Assembly (NCBI GenBank): GCA_030704615.1
Contig: CM060734.1
Span: 37,138,001-37,202,000, forward strand
Length of the DNA: 64,000 nt
Reading direction: 5' to 3'
Origin: Takakia lepidozioides
Taxonomy: Eukaryota > Plantae > Bryophyta
Below the pieces are notes generated by a model. It saw only the letters and a program-made list of their open reading frames with translations. It was not told the origin of the DNA and did not search any database. The position numbers and the translations under genes were made by a program. Positions 34,901 to 49,011 of this stretch are shown piece by piece. How positions within the stretch are numbered: the stretch's first letter is position 1; the number at the start of each line of letters is the position of its first letter.

Positions 34901-37900
34901 GGTGATTGAGCCAAGTGCTCTCTTAGCAGAGAAGTAAGAATGGGAAAAGTACTCCCCTCACATGGTCTTAGTGACTGTATGTATAAAAATTTCAACGGTA
35001 CATCACAGTTGAGCCAACCAAGAAATTCCCTGTTCATTTGGATCTAGTTTTTTCTCCATATTACGCAGTGCTTTCTACCAGTGAAATGTTTTAGTTCGGG
35101 TCACATATACCTTGTAGTGTGAGCACTTCTCAAATTGATTGAGCTCATGTTCTCAATTCTCCTATGTTAGTTTTTTGTACGTCTGAATTGTAGCAACTGC
35201 TTCTTAAGCCGAGGATATGTTTTTGTCTGTCCACAGAGGCATTGAAGAGTGCATCACGGCGTGTTAGTGAGGAGTTGGAGTTCGAGTCAGAAGGTGGGCA
35301 TTGTAGGAAAGGCCTGAATCTCAGTTAGTCCTCCATTTCCCATGTCTTTTTCTCTTTGATACTGCATTCGGGTAGGAATTGCAGAAGGTTATTTGGCGGT
35401 ATAAATGATAATTACATGACACAGGTTAATCCTCTGAGATGAAGATAGACTAAGTGGAATAGCACATTGCATAGGACAAATCTTGAGTGGTGCAGATCTT
35501 CTCTCAGCTTTGTCACAGCCCTTAAATAAAAAGACTTCTGAACAGGCTGCACAAGGTTGAAGTTCAACTGAAAGTTGGGCTGCCTATCAGTACGGTAAAT
35601 GAAAAGATGTTGGAAAAAGGGAGACCTGTGTGGGCATGATAGTGAGGATTGTGAATGCAAAGTAAGGGGTGCAGTGGGTGGAGAGGCTCTTTGAAGTATT
35701 TAACAGATAGTCCCTGTACCTCTTTGCACTCAGTTCAAGATTGATGGTAAGGGTCAGGAGCTTTCTAGAGGAATTTCAGAATGCCACTATCAAATTTATT
35801 CTCTAAAATTAGTCCACTACTGGAGTGAGCCTTCTGTGACTACAGCTCCCCTGCTGCTCCTCTCCCCGTCTCCTCCCCTTTCCTGCTACCCTGCATAATG
35901 GCCAAGTCCACCATAAGCAATGTCTCTCTTGCTCTTCCACAAGACAGTGTGTATGCGTATGCACACAGATGGAACTGCTGTCATACTTCTCAGTTTGGAA
36001 AATAGTGGATATTTAGAGCTGATTTGCTCTTTCTGTGTCTGTTGTTTGACAGACTCACCCAGGTCACATGGTGGGTTTGCCAATGTCAGCGAGCAGTGGA
36101 AAGATGGTGATTATGGTATCGGACCTGCAGGTTTTGCATTTGATTCACAGATTTCCTCCGGAGTTGGTCTCAATGCTGAGGTCAAAGCTGAAGTTAGTGA
36201 GAAAATATCCTTGGAGTTGACAGCAGAAGTTGTTCTGCCTATGGGACCATCTCCTGCGGGTGCACATGTTTTCAATACTCACGTGAAGAACTTGCACTGC
36301 TGGAAGTACCCCTCAGCTGGTGGTGACTGGAGACTAGTTCCAGCAGAGAGATGTGAACTGTTCGGGCCTTCCTCAGAGAAGCTAGTGATGAGAAAGGAGG
36401 TTTTGAACAGCAATGTAGTTCAAGTTGGGCGGTCCGGTCTGCCTGATCCTCGCAGGCACGCTGATGAATGCCAAATGGAGGATGGTGAGCCTCTGAAACT
36501 GGACCTACCCCGTTGGGCCTTGAGGCTCCTTGAAAAGGTGGAGAATATAGCTGATGATCATCATGCACATTATAGTCATCCTTCTGCAACCACACCTAAG
36601 GGACATGTGTCTACTCCCAAGTCTCATCTCTCTACACCTGTTTCTTACCTATCTACGCCCAAAGGTGCTGTTCTCACCCCTAAAGTCTCCAAGGGCTCAG
36701 CTGTGGGAAATAAGCCATTCACCGGAGTGAAAGGACCTGGGAATGCAACAAGCTTGGCTAAGTCAGTAGCGCCACCAAGACAGCCTATCCCAACAGCTGG
36801 CATCAGACAGAAGCCCGGAGGTGCATCTAAGAGGGGGGAGACTCAGTCAGCATCGAAGCAGGATCCTGCTGTTGTCCCAAGTAAACCTGGTGGGGTTCTG
36901 GGGAATGATGTGAAGGGTAGATGTGGTGGTGATCACAGTGATAGAACAGGCATCCAGAATCATTCTTTGCTGTTGAGTTCCTCAACAACCGCCCCCAGCT
37001 TCTCCCCCAATGCAAGCCTGGAGAATATTGCTTCCTTTGATACCTCCTTTCACAGAGCATCAGGAACTGTAGACTGTGTGGAAGGGAAAAAAGCTGCAGT
37101 CGTGCTACGGAGGCATGAGCTACGACTTGAAGAGGGATTCTGGCACTACTTGGGTGCAGCAGGCCATGAAATGGGTCCTTTCTCCATGTCTTCTCTTCGG
37201 TCCATTGTCGCAGAAGGAGGGCTTCCTGACGGTGCAAGTGTGTATAGAAAGACTGATGATATTTGGGTGCCTGTTTCCTCCCTCCATCATTTTCCCTCTC
37301 AAGATGCTTGCTTCTTAAGGCACCGATTTGGGGCCACTCTATGTGCAGCGCTGCCGATGGGGTATCATTGTCAGGGTGAGGTGGAGACTCTAGCAGGGCA
37401 GAACTGTTTCTCACAGGGTGGGTTCAATGGGTCTCGTGGGAATCAAATGCCATATTCAAGCCTGGTTACTGAGGAGAGTCGATACAGTCCTTCGGAACCT
37501 TTGCCACCAGCTGTCAGTCCTCCTAGGATTGCTCCATCAGCAAATGTCGATCAGAGGACATGTGTACCTGGTGCAAGTTCTCAGGGGTGCATTGCATCCT
37601 GGATTTTCCATGATGAACACCCACAGTTTCTTGGGTACACTAACGGAAAACTGCATGAGCACGTGATGAAATCATTCAAAGGAATTTTTGCAGGGTTCTT
37701 AAATGATGCATTGGTGATGTGGTTGAGTGAGAAGCAGTCAGGACTGTTGACAGCAAGTGTGCCTCCTGTAGCAGCACCTGCGGCTCTAACAACCAGCCCA
37801 GCAACAATCACCTCTGCTGCTGCGACATCTGTGTCACCCCCAGCAGCCTCACACTCTCTGGCAGCAAAAGCTCCTGAGGGCAGGTCTATCGGGATCGGTT

Positions 37901-40900
37901 CCACTGGTAATGACAGAAAGCTTTTTGACCATCAGTCAAAGTTGCTGGACAACAGCACTAAGGTCAGGCACGGAAAGCCCAGGGAGATGAGCTCTTTGGA
38001 CCAGCAGGCTAAGGCCAAGAGTAACACCCCTTTGAATCATCAGTCAAAACTCAAAGAGGGCAGCCCAAAGAAACCTCTCCCAAGGCGAAAAATGGTTAGC
38101 TCATCAAACCAAAAGTCCACTCTTGTGGTGGCCAGCAGTGAACATCAGACATCCCAGCAATCTGGGAAGACTAGTCCGCACATGGACTCTGTCTTTGGTA
38201 CTGGTTCTTCCCCTCAACCAGAGTCTTCGAAGGCTAGTGAAGGCAAGGCTTGTACCAGCATCCCTGTAGTTACAGGTGTGTTGATGACTTTAGCAGATTT
38301 AATCTACGTGAGTTCACTCATAGGATATGTTTAGGAGGTCAATCTCTTTTGGTTGCCCTTTCAGTCTTCTGCATTACGTGTCTGTTAGGTGAACTAGGTC
38401 ATTTTCCATATGAGTTTTGGTTTCATGTGGTAAGCAATAGCTGCTGTGTACATCCAGTCATGTTGATAGCAATGTAGATTTGTGAGCCTCGCTGTCTATG
38501 GTGCAATGTTCACAGATACAGCCACAACACAAGATGAGCCCAGCCCATCAAAAACTAAGCGCGCTTGGATTGTGGATGAAGAAGAAGATCGTGTTCAAAA
38601 GATCCAACTGCATCGGCGGCCTGCACCACGTTTGCATCTTGTCGAGTCAGACGAGAGTGAAGGGGATGGGCCATCACAAGGGGCATTTGGATTGCATCTG
38701 GATTGGCCAACTTCCATGGCACCTCCAACAGAGGTATATTCAGAGACAACCACTGTGGATAAAGAAATTCTAGCAAAAGACACAGATGGGGAGACACAGA
38801 CAGAGCTGAGTGGTGGGCTCACAGGAAAGGACAGGGAAAGACAGCAGGGCTGGGCAGGGCTTCTGCGCCCAGTGTTGAAGAACGTTTTCTGCTTGCTGCA
38901 TGGGGACCCGAAGTCCCTGGTAGCGGCCATGGCTACCTGCAAGTCGTGGAAGGAGGCTGTTCAAGAAAGCAAAAAGATACTCAAGACTGTTGATCTGTCA
39001 GAGTTGGGGTCTGATTGCACGAATGCAGTCCCTGAATCTTTAGGGGTATGTGTTTATTTTAATCTGTTTTAGTACACTCTTAACAACTTTCCTTTTTAGC
39101 CTAGTCTGGAAAAAGTTCAGTAGTTAGACCATGAGTTGACTTTTCACCTGTGTGTACAGAAATACCATCCTTCAAACAGTGGTTAGGACTTGCCCTCAAG
39201 GGCTTAATTTCTGTTGGATACTAAACCTCCCATTGCGAGCCTTGGAGTTTCAAACAGAGATGTCATTGGGAGATGTAGGTTTCATTGGGCTGAAGGAGTG
39301 GATGTTTATGCATCTCCCGCTTGATCTATGTGAAATCCCATGGACTCTTATTTGTCTGGATGAGCTTTCCCAAGAAAATGGCTTTAGGATAACCTTAGTT
39401 GATTTGATTAATAATGTTTTCTTTGGACTGAGATGATCAGTGTCTCCTATTTAGTACTTACTAATGTTGTGCCATTTATCTCATGGCATGGTTGTTGACA
39501 GGGCTACAGTTATGAAAGGCATACTGCTCTCAGAGACTGCCCAAAAGTGAGCCCTGAAGCACGTGTTGATCTGCTGAAAGCTCATCCATCAATCCCTGTG
39601 GTAGATGTCGAGGGCTGTAACCAGCTGAGAGACATGGTTGGCGTGTATTCCCAGGTGAAGTGGGCCAATGAGAGTGCGACTGTGTGTGCCAGTTCTCAGG
39701 GGCAAGATTCACATCGCAAGCTGAAAAGTCTAAACTTAATCAGTAAGGGAGAGAGATTAAACAGGGGATTGGATGGATACAGTGGTTATTCATTGGATGA
39801 AAGCGGAAGTCGGGATAAGAGTACGGAGGAAGAATACAGCACAGGTGCAGAGCCCATGATTATCGACTCTGGTTATTCAATTGAGAAGGACATGGAAACA
39901 AACCAGGTGCATGATGTAAACGGAGGATTCAAACGGGTCAAGGTCAGCAGTGGTAAGAAAGTAGTTCAGAGTGGGCTAGCAAATGGATTTTCGAAGGGCA
40001 CAACTCGACAGCATTTGACGAATGGACGGGATGTGTTTAATAGGAAAGACTTTCATCCCATGAAGCGGAAGGTGAAGGCGGTACACAGACTCACACCTCA
40101 GAAACTTTCGAGTGCTCATCGTTCATCATCTGATAGATCAACTTCACCAAATTCAAAGGTTGAGATTGTTGGGAAGGGGGTTTTGATAAGCTCAAAGGAT
40201 GAAGATAAGGGTTTGGAAAAGGAGTTGGCAGGTGCACTGAAGACTGTCATGGAGGCTGACATTGACAAAGTGTTCTTTCATATGGTACGAGAGGATCTTG
40301 AGCATATTGTAGTTCTTCTCAACATTTGGTCAAATGTTCCATCCTCCTCCTAGTTTTCTTCCTTCCTGTCACTAGATCTCTGTAGCTGACTCAATAGAAA
40401 TCTTCTGTCCGCATGATTGTGTGAACTGGAGATGACGGTAACTACGTCTTTTCCTTCATCATTCCCACGTTCTTTTGTACATATGCAGGTTAATGGGCAG
40501 GTGTCAGATGGCAAAGGGTTTTCTTCAAAGTCAGGACACATGGATTTCTTAACAGTCGAGAAGAAATTAAAGATGGGTGCCTATGGAGGGAAGGATGGTG
40601 TTCAAGCTTTCAAAGATGATATTCTGAAACCTGTTCGTAGTGCATTTCGGTATGCAATCTCACGATGTCTGCCATGCTGATTTGAATTCTTTATCAGGTA
40701 GCAGTGTTACCTGCCTAGGGAGTCATAGGGTGTAAATGCTCAATTCACTGTCAGAATAAGTGATGGACTCTTTATGTAGAAGGTTGACTGTTCATATGGG
40801 TGGAGCAACACATGAGGTGAGTCTCTATGCAGAGTCTACTAATTTGAACTCTCCATTTTCAGACTGGACCAAGGCAGTCGACTTTACCAGGCTGCAAAGA

Positions 40901-43900
40901 TGATTTTTAAGGTGGCTGATCGCGTGGGACGGCAGCTGGATAATTACCTCTTAGGAGCCCGTTCTCCTGCAAGTGAACTTGCCCAACTTCAGAACAAAGC
41001 TCTCTGCAATGGGGGATTGTTGACTCGAACTCTTGGAAAAGTCAAATCTCGAAAAATTTCAACCATGGAGAAACGTTCTGGTACAAAGAGGGCCTGGGAT
41101 CCAGCCACCCTTGACGGGCGGCCCCCGAAGGGAAAGATATCAGGGTTGAGCAAGAAGAGGCGGTTGGGAGATTTGGCAAGTGTAGTTTGGGAAGCTGAAG
41201 GAGACTTTTCTGACAGAGACCGTGATAGGGAAAAAAACAGAGAGGTTCGGCGACTACTGCGAATCAAGAAGGATCGGTGGTCAGAGTCTGAAGCTGAAAG
41301 TTCTGATGAAGATGATGATCTTGATGAAACAATGTTTGAGGACCCAGAGGAGGAGGAAACAGAGGCATCAGGGTAAGTGCTTACCTAGAACATGTTTCTC
41401 GTTTCGTGTAAAGAATATCGGGGACATGTGAACATGAGATATGCATCAGCTTCATTGCCTGGTCAAAGTACAGTCTTTGCTTTCCATGGCTTTCGTCCTC
41501 CATCTTATGATTTTTTATTTATTGACTTGTAAATATTCCTGTGTGCTATATCTGCTGCCTTGTTTGATAGTTGCGAATCTGCCATAGGGATTTATGCCAG
41601 GTAGTTCTCCTTGTAATTTTTCAATATCTCTCAATAGTGCATCAATCTGTTAATAGGTCGGAAGTAGCTACCGAATCCGAAGGTGAGGATGGGGTGATGG
41701 AAGACGACAATGAGGATACAGAGAGTGATGAAGGCCGTCCTTGCCCTGAGGCAGAAGGCAGCACTCGTGATTGGTGGGGGGCTCGTATGACCAAGGCAGC
41801 TATGGTACCTCCGGTGACTCGCAAGTATGAGGTTATAGAGGAGTATCGCATTGTTGACGACGTGGAGAGGGTGGAGAGAAAGATGAAGGTACTCCAAAAT
41901 AAGCTCTCTCCACTTTTTTTCACTCTTGATTTCATCTTAGTATTGCGATCAGTTTGTCTAGGTCACAAAGGAAATGCCGGGTTTTAAGTATAAGCAATAG
42001 TTGATAAACAAGCTCCAGTGTAGGCACTATTGATCAATTGGATTCATTTCTCCCGTGAGTTGATTTGACTTTTTTTGGGCTGCCATGATCAGCTTTCTGT
42101 CAGATACAAATGGTTATGATGAATCATTATTTTTGAGTGCTTGCTTGATTCATTTCAGGTCGAACTGCCAGATGATTACGAGGAGAAGCTGCAGGCAGCC
42201 AAGGAGAAGAGAGGAGACCAGTATGCTCATTTGGATGTTCCAGACCTGAAGGATTTCAGGCCACGGAAACGCTTAGGGGAGGAGGTCTTGGAGCAAGAAG
42301 TCTACGGAATTGACCCATACACATACAACCTGTTGCTAAATACCATGCCGGCGGACACACCAGATTTCTCTGACAAGCAGAAGCAACAGTTTATTGAGGA
42401 GGTAAGAATTCTCTGTATGTTTGAGGATTTTTTGCTACCCTGTCACTGTCAAGTGCTTTTCGTAGAGAAAGCATAACCACAATCTGGCATAAAAGGTGAG
42501 ATATGTATTTGTGTGATACTTCAAATCCGTGTGGGGTGACACCCAAGTAGTGATGCTTATTATAATCCGGCTGTTCTTTCCGTCAGCCTCCTCCTGAGGG
42601 TGAAGTGCGAGATTGTAGATTGGGAGATTTTGGTAATAAGTCAGGCATTCTTGCAGCCCACTGTATGGATGCAACCCTTGTATTTTACAGTAAATAACAT
42701 CCACTCACATCAACTTGCTGCAGTGTCTGACTTTCTATATGCTTGTAATGCCATAAATTGCAAGTGATTTCAAGAGGGACCCATGATTTAAGGTTTGCAG
42801 TGAGACTTAGTTTAAAATGGACAAACTCTGCTTTTGGTGCAGAGACTGTTACGGGCACTGAACAGGAAAGTCTGCGAGTTCACAGGGAGTGGGAGAGCTC
42901 CAATGGAGTACTCGCTTGCACCGGTGGTCTCATATGTGTTACGTGATGCATCGGACAATGGTGACCAGGTTCTTCAAAGCTTTTGCACAGGTCTATTGAA
43001 GAACATGCAAAGCCGCCCCACAGACAAATATGTGGCTTACAGAAAGGTAACTCTAGCCTGTGTTTGTATCATTTCACACAAATGGCTGTCCAGAATCTTT
43101 CCTTCTTGGCAGTTTCTTATTTTCCATGGTCAGATCTAAAATATTGTTTGTCCGTTAGGGATGATTTGGGCCAGCTTCTTTGCCAGATGCCCCCCCCCTT
43201 TCTTTTGGAGGACAGGTCCTCTCCTTCTTTCTCCAGTTTTTCTGGTTTGGTTGGTCGCTCTCAGGGAAGTTTTTCGTCTTTCAAGCATTTTGTTTGTCCA
43301 TGAGTACGAGGTATTTGGTTGATATGGTTCCATTTCAATATCTTTGCAGGGGCTGGGAGTTGTCTGCAACAAACCAGATGGATTTGATGATGGAGATTTT
43401 GTCGTTGAGTTTTTTGGGGAGGTATATTTCATAATCCACGACATCTATATACTGTTTCTGGACTTGTGTTACGGTGTGATTGAGGACTTTTTTTGTTACG
43501 GTGTGATTTGAGACAAAGATGATCAACAGACAGTCTCACTTGTTTTGGTCCACATCCACCAATTGGCACTCCATGAAACCCATTCTTATGTAGATTAGCA
43601 AATACACCAGAAAGAGGGAAATGTTTTCTTTCATGGGGAAGAAGTTAGAGGAGAAGCTGATGATGTTCTCTGTGTATGTCATAGGTGTATCCACCATGGA
43701 AATGGTATGAGAAGCAGGACGGGGTTCGAGCACTGCAGAAGAAAGAGAAGGATCCTGCACCAGAGTTCTATAACATCGTGTTTGAACGCCCAAAGGTACT
43801 GCATGTTACTTCCCTGTTTTCAATTGCTACATCTTCTTGTCCTTCTAGGATGTAGGGGAACTTGTATGCAAGTGCTACCATGTTTCATTCAACAGCAGAT

Positions 43901-46900
43901 GGCTTTGAAATTACCCTGGTGAGTGATTATACTGCATTTGGAAATTTTGTCCAATCACTGGTTATCGACATAAATATGTTTTGGGCTTTGGTGGCTGCCA
44001 GGGGGATGCCTCAGGTTATGATGTCCTAGTGGTCGATGCCATGCACAAAGCAAATTTTGCAAGCCGGCTGTGCCACTCCTGTCGACCTAATTGCGAGGCC
44101 AAGTATGCCCTCTCTCCATTTGGAAATCTTCTGCAAGAAATGGGATATTATCTGGCAACACCTATTTTTTAGACGCTAAAGCGAAGAACCCCGAGAGACT
44201 ATATAGTAACAACCTTCACCACGACCAGGAAACATCGAAAAAGTCTTTTTTGGAGAGGAATCTCTTTTTTCTTTGAGATCTCTCTCTCTCACTGGGCACC
44301 TCTCTCATGGTTCTCTGGACATATGTATGGTTTGCATCTTTCTTCTCTCTTATTATGGATATTACACTTAATATCCAAACAAGACCGTTGGAATAAGGTC
44401 GGTTTCCATCACAAGGCAGACTGAGTCAAAATATGAGCGTATAGGAGGAAAGTACCTTGTTGGATTCCGAGGCAGCTATTGATACCGTGTGTGGTTGGAA
44501 ACAGAGTTACGGCTGTCAATGGAAGCTATTTGATAGGTGTATATACACTTCGGAAGATTGAGTTTGGGGAGGAGCTCACGTTTGACTATTGCTGTGTGAC
44601 AGAGGTTAGTGACTTGCTCTTTTCACTCAGGTGTTCATACTAGGATGTCTTGTAGTGTACGAGTAGGGAAACTGCAACTACTAAGATACTAATTGTAGCA
44701 TTACTGATTCTGGTGTCCATGATCTCATAATGATGGATTAAATGATCTCATAATGATCATTTGTGCATTAGAGCTCAAAGCTGTGTACAATCATTCACGA
44801 CAGAGGGCCTGACCATGATGGTGGAATGTGTGATGGATTGGTGGACAGAGTAAAGAGGAGCATGATTCATCCGTCTGCTTATGTGGGAGTCAGGGTTGTA
44901 AGGGCAGTTACTTGTGTTATACTGGCCCTGGAGCATACGATGAGGTGTCTCTCTCATACATATGGCTAGTGCCTGTGCATTTCTTACTGTCAAGAATCTA
45001 TTTTCTACTGTTTGGTATATAACTCTGCATTTGTATGTCCCTTGCTAACAGCTAGGGTTGGGAACTGGGATGTATGGCAGGTGCTGAAGGAGTCTCATGG
45101 TTTGCTTGACCGGCAGAATCTTCTCTTACAGGCTTGCACAAGTGGGCACACAACACAGAAGGAGTGGGAGGATTTGAAACAGGCTGGGCTAGGATCCTGC
45201 CTGCTACAAGACCTCCCCAATTGGGTCATCAAATATGCAGCGGGAATTGTATGTAAATGCAAACCTCTGACTACAATATAGCTCTAAGATAGACTCATTG
45301 TACTAGAGAGAACACATCTTCTGTTTCTGTGGCAATGTCAGATTCACTCATCTAGTGATGTGATAAGGGCAGAGGGGGCTTATTTATCATATTTTGGGGC
45401 TTCAACTTTGGTCGAGATATGATTTCAGTTTTAGTTTTGAAGGCTTGTGGCCATAGACTTTGCAGCAAAGCAGCAACAAAAGAAAGAGAGGGATGCTGGT
45501 GGACCAACATCTGTAACGAGAGTTGGTTTTGGTCTTTGTTATCCTGCACTGCCTTTTTCCATACCCTCAATGTGAAGTGATATTCCATCCCAGAATTTTC
45601 ACCACAAAGGGTCAGAGCTTTCAGTATCCTGTCTGGCACCTAGTGAAATGTGGATCACAGACAGAGACTCCATGTACACGGATGTGTCGGTCATGTCTCG
45701 TAGGGTTCCGGAAGTTGAAACTTGTGAAACCAGTTTAATGCTTGTATAGGGTTTTTGGATGGCACACAGGTTGCCTATTTGAGTTGGGAAAGGCAGCGGC
45801 TTCCGGATGAGCTAATGAAGGCAGAGAAGCTGAAAAAAACCGGCATTGAGCTAAGTAGAGAGGAGTTTGAGGTCCAGGTATGCAGTGTTTCTTCAGGGAG
45901 TGTTTCTTCAGTGTTTCTGACGTTCAGGGTTTACAATACTCTCCCATTGACGTTATTTTCTTCTATGGAGTCTGCTGCACAAGTAACCTATCCTATTACC
46001 ATTCTGATGATGAAAATCCTCCAGAGAGGCATCTTGCATTGGTTTTCTGGTGATGGTTAGGGTTTTAAGCACTGGCTGTGATGGGTGGGGTTGGGGGAGA
46101 ACAGACAGAAGGAGTGTACAATCAACGACTCCAAAACTTGGCTATCACTGTTGACAAGGTGTGTATCCGGTCATCCTGTTCCTCCACCTGCTGACTTAAA
46201 TGTCAAGTCTTGACACTGTTTCCATGACTAAGAAGAACCTATGAGCAACATTTTACTGGCCACAAGCATTGTGCATTTGGTGTAGCTTGCAAGCTAAGTA
46301 TCCTGCATTGGACTACATTTGGGCAGCTATGAAGACACACCAATTATACGGTGCTTTGGCTGATTTTCAGTTATTGCATATCATTAGAAGGAAAATATGC
46401 TATTCGAAAATAATTCTAGGCATACCATGGTACCATGGTTGGATATCCAAGTCTAAGCTAATAAGGTACACTTAATGTTTCCTTGTCATGATGTGTATGG
46501 AAAACCAAGACTGAATCTGACTATCCACCGTGTCAGCAGATTATTCTTCAAATACTACCCGTAAATGAATTTCATGTGTAGCATATCAAAAAGCACCTTA
46601 TAAGGTGGAACTTCAGTTATTTTCCTCTCCATATGACTTGTCAGACATTATTAATCTTTTATTGTTTGTCTTCAGGTCCGGTATATATTGACAAAGCTTT
46701 ATGGACAAGCAACCATGGCACCACCTCCTCTACGGATGCTTGAACCTTGTGAGTTGGTGGACTTCATCTGGACAGGGGAAAACTCACTGGTTGCAGAGCT
46801 CCTGCAATGTATGGCATCCCATTTGTCTAAGGAGACACTCTTTGATTTGAGGAAGCAAATTCAAGAGCATGACCCGCCAGTGGAAGGAGATGCGGAGAAG

Positions 46901-49011
46901 AATCTCCAACAGTCCCTACTTTGGTATTCACTTTTTCTCAACTTTTCTGTGTCCCTCTTTTCCTTCCTTTTTTATCCACTCTTCACCTCCCCACCATCTG
47001 AGCAAAGGTTTGCCATCCCAACTCAGTGCAGGGTCCTTGCCTATGACAAGCATAGACTAATGAGTTTACTCTATAGTTTTTCTCTGAGCTGTTTTTCCCC
47101 AGGTAGTTCTTGAACAAGCATTGTGTCCCTCTCAGATCACTACCGTACCCTGTTCTTCACAGACGTGTCAAGCAGGAATACCTTGTGAGTCAGTGCAATG
47201 TAATCAGAGGTTTATGGTTGATGCAGGCTAAGGGATGAGCTTCGCAAAGTGCCAGCTACTTGCAGGGGTCGACATGATGCTGCAGCAGACTTGATTCACC
47301 TCTATGCATATACCAAACATTTCTTCACCAATCATGTAATGTCATCTTTCACTTTTTGAATAAGCCTAAAGTCAGCAGGGTACATAGTGCTGAATAAGAG
47401 CCTGTCCTTCTTGCAGTTTGCTCCCATATCTCGAATGTCTGTTCATCTGCAGGTTGAAGGAAAACTGTCTAATCCTGCTGCAAGGGTGTATGTTGCATTT
47501 GCGGGGGTAAAGGAACATGTACTTTGTGTCCCGCCCAGGATAAACAGCCTAATCCTAGTAGCCCTGCTAAATCGTGTTCAACATAAGTTCCACGATTGAA
47601 ACCAGGATAGTGTAACCACCTAGCTGCAAAAATCAATCCACTAACTAGGCAAAGGGGTAAGGAAGAAGCACGAGGGAGAAGGAGCTGAAATAGCAGGGGT
47701 CTACGGAAGTGAGAACTGAGAAGATAGACACAGAGGTGAAGACCAATTTCTTGTTGGCGAGAGCTTGGCTGCACCACGTCGTGCTTTTTTTAGGGGTTGA
47801 CAGGAGAATCTTCATACTGGCTAGGTTCACTTAGGAGCAAAGACAATATTCCTCAGCCCACCAGTGAATGTGGGCTTTCAAACAGCAGATTTGAAACAGT
47901 GAAGTTCACCCTGGCACTGCTCATTTCTTTGAGATTGCACTTGAGGAGGGCAGAGAATAGAGTTAGAAAGAAGACAAATAGACCAACTTTTTCTCTAATG
48001 GTGTATATGCTCTTTACTGTGGCAGGAGTACGGATTGGTGGAGTCATCGCCAATTCTGATCCATGCTCTCGACCTGGGACCCAAGCATTCAGGACCTGGG
48101 CCTCACATGTGGCGTAAAATTTATAGCAAAAACTACGTGTGGGGACAGCTTATAACCTGGTTCCGGCAAAACTCAGCCGACCCTGGAGCAAGCCTAGTCC
48201 ATGAACGCCGTGGTTGCCTCATGCTTCCTGACATCTCATCCTGCTATGCCCGCAGTGTTCAGCATGATTTCCGGCGTGGCTATAGTGACAAAGACCGCAA
48301 GAAGATGATATACCACATGGTGAGTCACCTTGAGGCTATCTACCCTGTCTATTATGAACTGCAGTCGTAATCGTGCATTCAGTGAACTATTCTGACATTT
48401 CCTGGGCTAACTATCTTTTGTGGGTGCGTATTGCATGTGATGATTAAAAAGTTTTTCAGTGCATGGTAATATTGTCCAAAATTCTTTGTGTTTCCAGTGT
48501 GATACTTCCACTCCCTATCTACCAATTGAGTAAATGTTGTGGATCCTGTAGGAGGTGTATTTACTAGTTGCTTCAGTGGCCAGTGATGGATCAGCATTAA
48601 CCAGACATCTATGAGGCCCACAACTTTACTCGTGTTTAGAATAGCTGCCAGCTTGCTATGGTTTCTTTCTGCTGAACAACCAATTCGACTCACTACTGCT
48701 GAATGAGATTTCTGTACAAGATAGTGATAGGCAGATGAACCCATGCAGTGATTGTTTGTTCAGCCTTAGAAATCTAAGGCAAATAGTGGTGGTGCTGGTG
48801 GGATATCTGTTTGCATGTGCAGGAGACTCAGCCACAGAAGAAATGGACGCCTAAATACACCCCGGAGTTTTGGTGTTTCAAAAGTGATCGAGGGCTTTAT
48901 GGCAGCCCCATGCTAGACGCAGTTTTTTCCAAGTCGAAGCTCAACAAGGAGTGCATTGATTGGCTCAAGACTCGCCAAACAGTGTTCCATGGCCCTTGGG
49001 ATGAACAGTAG
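31915..49011 (+). CDS. ATXR3: Histone H3K4 methyltransferase ATXR3/SDG2-like, about 2982 aa, 22 exons: 31915-34270, 35237-35293, 36053-38275, 38516-39045, 39502-40284, 40489-40649, 40863-41372, 41657-41888, 42159-42401, 42843-43046, 43350-43421, 43685-43795, 44002-44102, 44505-44604, 44849-44944, 45081-45248, 45770-45877, 46105-46158, 46676-46923, 47227-47335, 48026-48319, 48823-49011
   Basis: All junctions are GT-AG and phase-compatible. Diagnostic blocks: [92 protein letters not shown], post-[13 protein letters not shown], two GYF-like domains, an F-box-like segment, and GSPMLDAV. Confidence 0.95.
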
